Virus record (IMG/VR): IMGVR_UViG_3300050821_007659
Coordinates: 7,904 to 71,903 of that record
Origin: a virus
Strand: one strand, 5' to 3'
Length of the DNA stretch: 64,000 bases
Shown here: positions 19,103-27,319 of the stretch, piece by piece
How positions within the stretch are numbered: position 1 is the stretch's first letter
Layout of the letters: each line of letters begins with the position of its first letter
Notes under the pieces: generated by a model
What the model was told of the DNA's origin: nothing
Databases searched by the model: none
Seen by the model: the letters and a program-made list of their open reading frames with translations, nothing else
Position numbers and translations under genes: made by a program

Positions 19103-19800
19103 ACGCAGCTGAACTCATCGCTCTCGCCGATGCCCACGGCATCGACTTCATCCGAGTGGCTGGAGGCAGTAACAAACCCGACGGCATCGCCGGTAAGCGT
19201 CGCCGCGTCACGATCGAGATCTCCGCCGGCATCACGGAGGAGAGCCGCAGGAAGCAGCGCATTGAGGCACCGGATACCGCCAAGGGCAAAGGCTCGCGCG
19301 TGGCCAAAGCAGCCGCCTACTCGCACGCCGAGCTCGGGATTGCCGCGATGGGCGTGGAGGCGCTGCACTGGTCGGCTGCGCAACACACGATTGCGAATGA
19401 TCGGCGCCCGCAAACCATCCGCACGCTCATGTGCGGGCTGCGGTATTACGCCAACAAGGCGGCGACGAAAGACAATTGGGAAGCGACCGTGCCGGCCCGC
19501 CGTGAGCCAGCCAAGCGCGATCCGAAAACCGGCGTGAAGCTCGCGGCGGAACCCAAGCGCGCAGTGTTGTACCTGGAATCGCTGTGCATGCTGGTGCTCG
19601 ATGAGATCGCGTTTCAGCGCGCCTTTATGGAGGCGCCCGGGCTGTACGCGATCTACCTCGGTGTCGATGAGCGCACCTGGGAGAAGCCCCTGGAGGAGCG
19701 CTTCCGGGTGTTGCAGCAAGAGTATGCTGGGTGGTACCGAGCGGGATTGAGTATGATTCAGCGGGGGATCAATGGGGATGAGGGGGATCGGGCGGCGTGA
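19099..19800 (+). CDS. Putative late antiterminator (Q-like)
   Basis: Last large early gene before terS; C-terminal AIYLGVDERTWEK HTH-like segment; mainly a positional inference. Confidence 0.5.
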   Translation: MNAAELIALADAHGIDFIRVAGGSNKPDGIAGKRRRVTIEISAGITEESRRKQRIEAPDTAKGKGSRVAKAAAYSHAELGIAAMGVEALHWSAAQHTIANDRRPQTIRTLMCGLRYYANKAATKDNWEATVPARREPAKRDPKTGVKLAAEPKRAVLYLESLCMLVLDEIAFQRAFMEAPGLYAIYLGVDERTWEKPLEERFRVLQQEYAGWYRAGLSMIQRGINGDEGDRAA

Positions 19801-20120
19801 CTCTGTGGCCAGACTGGTATGTGCCAAAGCAGACAGCCGTTAACTCTCGGGAGTGGCGCCGCCTGTACGAGCAGGAATGGAGGCCTAGCCCACGCGATCT
19901 GCTGCGGGAAATCGGCCAGCGCTATCACGAGGAATGCGAGGCTTACGACCGCACCGTATGCACGGGACCCATTACGCGAGACGGGATCATGCCGCGAACT
20001 CATGAGGAGCTCGGGCGCGTCAATCCCAATGCCAGGGCTGTGATGACCCGATTACATCGCCAGTATCCGCAACTCAGCTGGCTGGAGCTCATGCGGGCAA
20101 TTAGCGACTATCGCGGGTGA
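19797..20120 (+). CDS. Hypothetical protein
   Basis: GTGA-coupled ORF. Confidence 0.55.
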   Translation: MTLWPDWYVPKQTAVNSREWRRLYEQEWRPSPRDLLREIGQRYHEECEAYDRTVCTGPITRDGIMPRTHEELGRVNPNARAVMTRLHRQYPQLSWLELMRAISDYRG

Positions 20121-20308
20121 TCCCTTGCGCCCAAGCCCCTGATTGCGTTACGTTCGCCACAAATCTGACGCCGGTTCTCAAAAAGGCCCGCTGCGCTTCG
20201 AGCGAAAACCCCGTGTTCTACACACGCGCTCTGAAGATCTGCAGACTCGCGTAACTACCGGATTTCCTTAGAAGTTTTTCCAACGCGGCCCATCTGCCGC
20301 ATCGGCCC

Positions 20309-20890
20309 ATGAAGACCTACAACCGCCTGCGGGCCCGCCTGCGCGCCTTCGTGCGCGCGTACGTCGAGACCGGGGTGGGCGCCAAATCGTTACGCGCGAT
20401 CGGCTTTACCGGCACAAGGCCCGATGTGGCGGCGAGCAAGCTGCTGGCGAAGCCGAAGATTCGCGAGGCCATCGCGGAGTACGAGGCCTACGCGGTCGGC
20501 GAATCCAAGGCGCGTATTTTCGCGACCGTGCTCGGACTTGAGCAGACAGCGAATCTCGATCCGCGCCGTCTATTGGACTCGGACGGTCTCTACCTGCCCC
20601 TGGACAAGCTCCCGGACGACATCTGCGCGGCGATTCAGGGCATTGACGTCGAGGAGTTGTACGAGGGACGCGGGAGCGAGCGTAAGGCGATTGGCGTAGT
20701 CAAAAAATACAAATTCGCCCCGCGCAACGAAGCGCGCAAATTGCTGTTGCAGTACAAGGGTATGTTGGCCGACGTCCACAAGCACCAACAACTCGATGCC
20801 AACGGGAATCCGATCACCCCGGGCCCCACGTTCGTCATCGCGCGCGAGGAAGCGAAGCAAATCGCCGAGGACCTCGACACGAAGGTTTAG
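20309..20890 (+). CDS. terS: Terminase small subunit
   Basis: FVRAY...AASKLLAKPKIREAI HTH pattern; directly upstream of terL. Confidence 0.85.
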   Translation: MKTYNRLRARLRAFVRAYVETGVGAKSLRAIGFTGTRPDVAASKLLAKPKIREAIAEYEAYAVGESKARIFATVLGLEQTANLDPRRLLDSDGLYLPLDKLPDDICAAIQGIDVEELYEGRGSERKAIGVVKKYKFAPRNEARKLLLQYKGMLADVHKHQQLDANGNPITPGPTFVIAREEAKQIAEDLDTKV

Positions 20891-20899
20891 ACCGCACAC

Positions 20900-22363
20900 A
20901 TGATCGACTTCAGCCCGAAAGAGCGGGCTGTGGCCATCGATCGGGCACGCACCGACTTTTGGTTCTACGTGCGCTGGAAGATGCTCCAGCGCCACGGCCG
21001 CCGCTGGATTCGCGGTCCGCATCACGCCGTGATCTGCAACGCGCTCATGCGCGTGTACCTGGGCGAATGGCTGCGCGTGATCATCAACATCCCGCCGCGG
21101 TACAGCAAGACCCAGCTGATCGAAGACTTCATCAGTTGGACGCTGGGGCGGCATCCTGACTCGGAGTACATGTACCTGAGTTACGGCGCGCTGCTGGCCG
21201 CCGACAAGACGGGTGAGATTCGCGCCGATGTCCAGCATCCGTGCTACCGGGAGATCTTTCCGGAAGTTCATCTGGCGACCGAAGGCCAGGGCCACTGGAA
21301 GACGACGGCCGGCGGTGTGGTGTATGCCTCGGGAACCGGCGGCACCATCACGGGCCTCGGCGCCGGCAAGATGCGCGAAGGCTTTGGCGGCGCGCTGATC
21401 TACGACGATCCGCACAAGCCCGACGAAGTCTACAGCGAGGACATTCGCGAGAAGGTCAAGCGCAACTTCCAAGACACCGGTGAAAGCCGTCTCAACTGGA
21501 GGCATACGCCGATCATCGTGATCATGCAGGGATTGCATGAGGAAGACATCACGCAGTGGCTGCTCGCCGGTGGTAACGGCGAGAAGTGGGAACGTGTGTG
21601 TTTGCCGGCCATCAACGAGGATGGGACGGCGCTGTGGCCGGAGAAGCACAGCATCGAGGACCTGCGGCGCATGCAGGCCGCCAAGCCCTACACCTTCAGC
21701 GGCCAGTACATGCAGCGGCCGACGCCGCTGGGCGGTTCGTTCTTCACCGAGGCCAAGCTACTGGTGGACGGCAAGCCCGTACCCACCCCGCAGCGCGTCG
21801 ATTTCGTCTTCGCGATCATTGATACGGCGGTCAAGACGGGCAAGAAAAACGACGGTCTGGCCGTGACCTACTTCGCGCGATCGATCCTGAACAGCATCAA
21901 CACGCCGCTTGCGGTCCTGGATTACGACCTGAAGCAGATCGAGGGCGCGCTGCTCGAGGTGTGGCTGCCCAATGTGTTCAAGTACCTGGAGGAGCTCGCC
22001 AAGGAATGCCAGGCCTTCAAGGGCTCGGCCGGCGCGCTCATCGAGGACAAAACCTCGGGCAGTGTGTTGCTGCAGCAGGCGCGCAACAAACACCTGCCGG
22101 CGCGTCCCATCGACAGCAAGCTGACCTCGCTCGGTAAAAGTGAGCGCGCCATCAATTGCGAAGGCTACGTGTACGGCGATCAGGTGAAATTTACCGAGCG
22201 CGCATACAACCGCGTCGTGACCTACAAGGGCATCACGAAGAATCACCTGCTCGCACAGATTCTGCGGTTCAGCGCGGCGACCGGTGACCAGGGTAGTGAC
22301 GACGCTTTGGATACGTTCACGTATGGGTGCGCCCTGTCGCTCGGCAACTCAAAAGGTTTCTAA
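20900..22363 (+). CDS. terL: Terminase large subunit
   Basis: Walker A INIPPRYSKT, Walker B LIYDDPHK, nuclease-domain IDTA and DDALD. Confidence 0.95.
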   Translation: MIDFSPKERAVAIDRARTDFWFYVRWKMLQRHGRRWIRGPHHAVICNALMRVYLGEWLRVIINIPPRYSKTQLIEDFISWTLGRHPDSEYMYLSYGALLAADKTGEIRADVQHPCYREIFPEVHLATEGQGHWKTTAGGVVYASGTGGTITGLGAGKMREGFGGALIYDDPHKPDEVYSEDIREKVKRNFQDTGESRLNWRHTPIIVIMQGLHEEDITQWLLAGGNGEKWERVCLPAINEDGTALWPEKHSIEDLRRMQAAKPYTFSGQYMQRPTPLGGSFFTEAKLLVDGKPVPTPQRVDFVFAIIDTAVKTGKKNDGLAVTYFARSILNSINTPLAVLDYDLKQIEGALLEVWLPNVFKYLEELAKECQAFKGSAGALIEDKTSGSVLLQQARNKHLPARPIDSKLTSLGKSERAINCEGYVYGDQVKFTERAYNRVVTYKGITKNHLLAQILRFSAATGDQGSDDALDTFTYGCALSLGNSKGF

Positions 22364-22383
22364 CACACAGGAGCGTCCCCCTC

Positions 22384-22524
22384 ATGTCGCTATTCACGGT
22401 GCTCCTGATCGTGTTGATCATCCTCGCGCTCGGCGGCAGCTTTGGTGGCTACTATCCGCACACGTATGGCATTGGCCTCGGCACGATTCTGCTGATTGTG
22501 TTGATCGTGCTGTTGCTGAGGTAA
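22384..22524 (+). CDS. Small two-TM protein (DUF3309-like)
   Basis: LLIVLIILALGG...GIGLGTILLIVLIVLLL; AGGAG RBS. Confidence 0.7.
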   Translation: MSLFTVLLIVLIILALGGSFGGYYPHTYGIGLGTILLIVLIVLLLR

Positions 22525-22537
22525 CGGAGGTTATCCC

Positions 22538-22717
22538 ATGAACATCGTGCCTCTGTTTCTGCAAATCGCTGCACTGGTCTGTTTCATCATGGCCTTCCTC
22601 GGGGTTGCGGCACCTAAGTCGCGACCGCTCAATTGGGAGGCGTGTGGACTGCTGCTGTGGCTCCTGTCGCTAATGATCTCGGGAATACAACTTCACCAAA
22701 CATCGGGTGTTCACTAA
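22538..22717 (+). CDS. Small two-TM protein (59 aa)
   Basis: GGAGG RBS; MNIVPLFLQIAALVCFIMAFLG...LNWEACGLLLWLLS; below the ORF-track size cutoff. Confidence 0.65.
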   Translation: MNIVPLFLQIAALVCFIMAFLGVAAPKSRPLNWEACGLLLWLLSLMISGIQLHQTSGVH

Positions 22718-22727
22718 GGAGACGTTC

Positions 22728-23841
22728 ATGTTGAATCGGTTTCGCAAACTTTTCATGCCGCTGGTGCTCGTTGCGCTCGGGCTGGTGTCGGTGATGGCTG
22801 CGCCGCCCAGTCAGGCAGCCGCTACGTCCAACTACTTCCAGAATCACATCATCGACCAGGTGTTCCGCGCGCAGACGGCACTTGCACCGGCGACGATCTA
22901 TGTGGAGCTGGCGACCTCGACTGCCACGGCACAGGCCTGCGGCACCGAGGTCAGCGGTGGAAGCTACGCACGGCAGGCGATCACGTCGAGTCTTGCCAAC
23001 TGGGCGGGCACGCAAGGCGCCGGCACAACCTCGGCATCCACTAACTCGTCGGGCTCAAGTGGTACGACGAGCAACAACGCGGCCATCACCTATCCCGCAC
23101 CAACAGCAAACTGGACGACAATTACCACCTTCTGCCTGATGGACGCGAGTTCGGGCGGCAACGAGCTGGTATACGCTGGATAATGCGGCGTCTCTCGCAG
23201 CAATGCGGGATGTTAGGAGTCAAATCTGGCATTGACGACTCCGAAGACAGTGTTGTTTTAATGTTCGCTGTCTCTAAATCGGCTCAAATCGGTGAACCCC
23301 TCCCGTGAAAGCGCGGGGAATCCCGAGGGTAAGGCTCAGAGAAAGCTGAGAATCCCGTAACGACTCAGGATTGAGATTCCTGGATGGCCCAACAAAAGAG
23401 GCCATAACACGCCGACCCTGATCATGACCAAGTGAATCGAGCGTTCTGCACTCGACACGATCAGGTGAATGTATAGTCTGGCCCGCTGGAAACAGCGCGG
23501 ATTTTCGGAACAACGGTGATGCTAGAAGTCAGAGATTCGCGATCTGACAGTGGCTCACTCAGCAGCAATGTTGAGATGATAACGGCGTGAATTGCTGGAA
23601 ACCCTAACGTAAAGTCGAGGGCAATCAGCAAGCAAGCGTGTTAGGAATAACACGAAGCTTCAGAGACTAGGACGTACGATCCAGAACGGATTATGAGGTC
23701 CCACGAGCGCGCCGCACCCCACGAGGGTGAAGATATAGTCCGATTCTCCGTTGAAAAGCGGAGTGGCCAGATAAAGAGCTGGCCTATAACATGTTGGCAC
23801 CGAGTTTTGCAGCTGGAGCCCTAACAGTCACAATTGGTTAG
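22728..23841 (+). CDS. Intron-split putative virion protein, join(22728-23177,23229-23251,23508-23523,23797-23841), 177 aa
   Basis: Joining the four exons gives a continuous frame ending GGNELVYA|ALTTPKTV|NNGDA|APSFAAGALTVTIG*. This is the C-terminus I recall for phage proteins containing TEVSGGSYARQAI. AAGGAG RBS before ATG 22728. Confidence 0.85.
23178..23228 (+). ncRNA. 51-nt core-less group I mini-intron (P1/P10 guide, P2, terminal G)
   Basis: ACGCU (23173-77) pairs with GGCGU (23187-91) with U-G at the 5' junction; UAAUGC (23181-86) pairs with 3' exon GCAUUG; P2 is UCUCGCA-GCAA-UGCGGGA; last base is G23228; contains in-frame TAA and TAG. Confidence 0.75.
23252..23507 (+). ncRNA. Group I intron (256 nt, no ORF, no P2)
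   Basis: P1 AGACAGU/GCUGUCU; P10 UGUUC/GAACA; P3 UCGGC/GCCGA; P7 A(C)GACU/AGUCU; two hairpins between P7 and P3'; P8 CCUGAUC/GAUCAGG; P9 CGCUG-GAAA-CAGCG; terminal G. Confidence 0.9.
23524..23796 (+). ncRNA. Group I intron (273 nt, no ORF)
   Basis: Canonical elements P AAUUGCUGGAA, Q AAUCAGCA, R UUCAGAGACUA, S AAGAUAUAGUCC; P2 CUCAGCA-GCAA-UGUUGAG; P3 CGGCGUG/CGCGCCG. P9.0 GA/UU favours terminal G23796 over G23793. Confidence 0.92.
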
Positions 23842-23901
23842 GGGGAATTGTTGAGTTATAATGGACGGACCCGGATCGCGCTACCAACGCAATCCGGGCC
23901 C
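23834..23901 (+). promoter_or_regulatory. Promoter and leader hairpin of the HNH gene
   Basis: TTGGTT, 17-nt spacer, TATAAT (23857-62), followed by a CCCGGAT...ATCCGGG stem. Confidence 0.55.
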
Positions 23902-23931
23902 TAACCACTACCCGCTTTCTCGGAGTGAGCA

Positions 23932-24549
23932 ATGGCTACCCATGAGACTATCACGGCGAAGATCTGTTCTCGTTGTAAACGAGATCTACCTTTGGACCAA
24001 TTCTATAAGGACGCGCGTAAGCCCAATAGAAGGGCTCATTGCAGGGATTGCTGCAACCGAGCGCGCAAAGCGGCGCGAGAAAATGCCACTCCCGAAGAGC
24101 AGAAACGCGCTCTTGAGATGGCCCGCCAGTGGAAGCTGGATAATGCGGAACGCACTGCGAAGGTAAAGCGCGCATGGGATGCTGCCAATCCAGAGAAGGC
24201 GGCCGAGTCCTCTCGAAAAGCATCCACTAAATACCGCGCCAGCAATGGTGCAGTATTTTCCGCTCGTCTTTTGCCCCATCGATTTCGACGAAGCAAGCGC
24301 AAGCGCCCGCCGAAAGCCGAATTGAAGATCGTGCCGGCGTGGGCTGATTTCGCGCAGATCGACGAAGTTTATCGGCTATGCGCAGAGCGTAATGCGTCTG
24401 ACGTAGATGGTGTTGAATGGCAGGTGGACCATATAGTTCCCTTGCAATCGAGTGCCGTGTGCGGCCTCCACGTTCAAGACAATCTTTCGATCATTCCGAA
24501 ACGTCAGAATATCGTCAAAGGCAACCGGCACTGGCCCGACATGCCCTAA
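23932..24549 (+). CDS. Free-standing HNH endonuclease
   Basis: N-terminal CSRC...CRDC Zn finger; C-terminal WQVDHIVPL...CGLHVQDNL...N..KGN. Confidence 0.88.
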   Translation: MATHETITAKICSRCKRDLPLDQFYKDARKPNRRAHCRDCCNRARKAARENATPEEQKRALEMARQWKLDNAERTAKVKRAWDAANPEKAAESSRKASTKYRASNGAVFSARLLPHRFRRSKRKRPPKAELKIVPAWADFAQIDEVYRLCAERNASDVDGVEWQVDHIVPLQSSAVCGLHVQDNLSIIPKRQNIVKGNRHWPDMP

Positions 24550-24564
24550 CCATTCGAGGTTCCC

Positions 24565-25008
24565 ATGATTTCAAAACTGACGGCGGCCCTAGTGGCCGCC
24601 GCTCTCTTTGCACTGTCCGGCTGCGGCCACTCGGATGTGAAACCCCAGCACATCCCCCCGATCTCCGCCGAATACGACGCCACCGCGCTCGCCGGTGAGG
24701 CCAAGGGCGAGGTCATCGTCATCGGCACACTCGCGACCATCGGCTCGTTCGAGTACGGCAATGCCTCGCTCGCCACGGTGGCCGCTGTCAACCTCAAGCA
24801 CATCCCGCAGCTGCTGCACGACAAGCAGATCACGACCGATGAGGCGCAGGCGAAGATCAACGCGGCCGTTCAGGTGCGTGATCTACTGAAGAAAGCGAAC
24901 GCGGTGTGCAAACAGAACGGCGCGGGTAAGTGCACGGGCAACCAGGCGCAAGCCGAGGCACTGGCCGATCAGGCGCGCAGCGTCATGGCGAAAGCCGGCT
25001 TGAACTAA
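24565..25008 (+). CDS. Lipoprotein
   Basis: Signal peptide ending in lipobox LSGC. Confidence 0.75.
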   Translation: MISKLTAALVAAALFALSGCGHSDVKPQHIPPISAEYDATALAGEAKGEVIVIGTLATIGSFEYGNASLATVAAVNLKHIPQLLHDKQITTDEAQAKINAAVQVRDLLKKANAVCKQNGAGKCTGNQAQAEALADQARSVMAKAGLN

Positions 25009-25020
25009 GGGAAACACACC

Positions 25021-25206
25021 ATGAGTGCACCGATCACAGTGACCCAGGCCCGTGCGATTGCCGCCGGATTGAATGCCGGCGCCGATGCCGCCGAGGCTGC
25101 GGGCAAGACCGAGTTCGATCTCACGGAAGTGGCCTTTGCCGATCTCGACACGTCCATCGAGCAGGCCCAAGCCGCCGTCGACGCCGCCAAGGCCCAAGGC
25201 CAGTAA
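25021..25206 (+). CDS. Small Ala-rich protein
   Basis: RBS and operon position. Confidence 0.6.
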   Translation: MSAPITVTQARAIAAGLNAGADAAEAAGKTEFDLTEVAFADLDTSIEQAQAAVDAAKAQGQ

Positions 25207-25209
25207 TCC

Positions 25210-26250
25210 GTGCTGCTCCTCACCTCCGCCTCCGATCTCGTCCAGCTCGTGACGGGGTCGATAGGGGCGATCGCCGTCCACGAGGATCACGTGGACAATT
25301 CGTCCGGCACCATCACGCCCGGGCGTACGAATACGCCTTCTATTACGACGGCGACGACCACGACCATCGTGGGCAGCCCGGCGGCGAGCACGCAGCGCAA
25401 CGTCAAGCACCTGTCGATCTTCAACACGCATGCGACGGTTTCGAACCTGATTCAGGTCAACCACACTGACGGGACCAACGTCTGTGAGCAATGGTCTGGC
25501 ACGTTACTGGCCGGCGAGAGCGTCGTTCTGGATGAAGCCGGGGTGTGGTGGAAGTACAGCGCCAACGGGCAGCTACAGACGGTTGGGCTGCCAATCACCA
25601 CCAAGGGCGATCTGCTCGTCTTCGATACGCTGCCGGATCGGCTGGCGGTGGGGGCAGACGGCCTGTCGTTATTTGCGGCCTCATCGGCCGCCGCCGGCGT
25701 CAAGTACGCAGCGCCATACCGCACCAACCGCTCCACCACCACCGTAAGCGCCGGGTACGCCGCGGACACGTATCTGGCCGGATCCGCAATCACGATGCCC
25801 GCCGGCGGCCCGGTTTCCTCGGGCTCGACGGCCACGGTATACAAGTGCAAGTTCGACATGGCCAAGACCGGAGCGGGCACAGCGGCCTTCACGGTCAATG
25901 TCCGCTACGGTACCGCCGGCACGACGGCCGATGCCTCGGTGTTGAGTCTGGCATTCGCCGCCGGAACAGCCGCCGCCGACACCGGGTTGTTTGAGTTGCT
26001 GTTGCACTTTCGCACGGTGGGCTCAGGCACCGCGGCCGTCATCGCCGCACTCATCGATTGCAGTCATCATCTCGCGGCGACGGGTCTCGTATCGACCGGG
26101 GCGGCCGGCTATGGTCTGGTCGAAGGTGTCTCTGCCGGCTTTGACTCCACGCCCGCGGGATCGATTCTGGGAATTTCGGTCAACGGTGGCGCCTCATTCT
26201 CCGGCACGAACACGATCGCTCAGGCTGAATGTTTCAACGCGATTATCTGA
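25210..26250 (+). CDS. Putative virion fibre or decoration protein
   Basis: TTKGDLLV...DRLAVGADG fibre-like motif; Thr/Gly/Ala-rich. Confidence 0.65.
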   Translation: MLLLTSASDLVQLVTGSIGAIAVHEDHVDNSSGTITPGRTNTPSITTATTTTIVGSPAASTQRNVKHLSIFNTHATVSNLIQVNHTDGTNVCEQWSGTLLAGESVVLDEAGVWWKYSANGQLQTVGLPITTKGDLLVFDTLPDRLAVGADGLSLFAASSAAAGVKYAAPYRTNRSTTTVSAGYAADTYLAGSAITMPAGGPVSSGSTATVYKCKFDMAKTGAGTAAFTVNVRYGTAGTTADASVLSLAFAAGTAAADTGLFELLLHFRTVGSGTAAVIAALIDCSHHLAATGLVSTGAAGYGLVEGVSAGFDSTPAGSILGISVNGGASFSGTNTIAQAECFNAII

Positions 26251-26256
26251 GATCCC

Positions 26257-27303
26257 ATGGGGATCGTTCAGATAGTCACGACCGACCCGGCGCCGAGCAA
26301 CATCGGTGATCTGGGCGGGGCCGGTGATCCGGGCGGTGCGGGCGGATCCGGGCATCTTTGTGTGGCCTCGGCCTCGGGGTTCGCGGCCGGCAATTTGCTG
26401 TTAGGTCTCGGCGAGACCGCGAATTTCGCGACCACGACCGCGGTCAAATGGTCGGACCCCGTTAATGGCGACTGGCAGCCACTGATTCACCTGAACTGCC
26501 GAACGCCCCCAGGCAACGTCACGGACGATCTGGATGTGATCCTGGCCTGCATGCCGGTCACGCAGGCGATCGCCCCGGGGTTCGTGGGCAAGATCAGCGC
26601 CTCGAGCGCGGGCTCCGCAACCTGCACCAACTTCGATGCCACGACGCCGAACCTCAGCGCGTTCGTCGGCGCGACGTTCATCGAGTATTCAACCGGGGTG
26701 ACGGGCACGGTGTCCTCGGTCACCGGCGCCGGCAATAACGTGCTGAACTTCAGCGGTGGAGGAACGCCCCCGGTCGGCAATCCGATGGTGGTGGGTGGCT
26801 TCATCAAGTTCGTCAATACGAGCTCCGGTGAGGATTACACCGCAGCAACGGTTGTCAACATCAATCAGATCGATGCGACGAACCCGATCATCGGGTATTG
26901 CGCCCGGCAGAATATCTATGCCTTGGGGGCAAACCTCTCCACCGGGACGATCAAGCCGTGGATCGGGCCTGCGCTCGCGATCTCCTTCGGCATGGACGGC
27001 GAAGACAACAGCGCCGGACCGTTTAACCCGCTCGCCGACACACGTAACATCGATGACGGCGTGTTTTGGAAGTTCAACTTGTCGAGCGCGATCATGCGCA
27101 TGCAACACGCCGTCGTTACCTCGCCCGATGGTGTGTACGGGATGAACTTCACCGTGCAAGGTGGCGGTGATCATCATATGGCGTTTCTGATTGTTCTCAG
27201 ACTCGCGGCGGCGGCAACGCCAGCGACACCCTCGGGGATCATCCTGCCACGGCGACGGGCGGGCGGACTGTCGATGGATCTCAACATCAAAGAATGGTGG
27301 TAA
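26257..27303 (+). CDS. Beta-rich accessory structural protein
   Basis: 348 aa Gly/Thr-rich ORF in the accessory block. Confidence 0.65.
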   Translation: MGIVQIVTTDPAPSNIGDLGGAGDPGGAGGSGHLCVASASGFAAGNLLLGLGETANFATTTAVKWSDPVNGDWQPLIHLNCRTPPGNVTDDLDVILACMPVTQAIAPGFVGKISASSAGSATCTNFDATTPNLSAFVGATFIEYSTGVTGTVSSVTGAGNNVLNFSGGGTPPVGNPMVVGGFIKFVNTSSGEDYTAATVVNINQIDATNPIIGYCARQNIYALGANLSTGTIKPWIGPALAISFGMDGEDNSAGPFNPLADTRNIDDGVFWKFNLSSAIMRMQHAVVTSPDGVYGMNFTVQGGGDHHMAFLIVLRLAAAATPATPSGIILPRRRAGGLSMDLNIKEWW

Positions 27304-27319
27304 CGGAGGGTCGTAGCCG

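Noticed and set aside
23178-23231. T4 gene 60-style ribosomal bypass of the ~50-nt gap (GGA followed by a stop, with AGGAG downstream)
   Set aside because: No matching GGA landing codon restores the ALTTPKT frame: GGA at 23208 is followed by TGT TAG, and GGA at 23216 is out of frame. The P1, P10, P2 and terminal-G pattern explains both junctions exactly.
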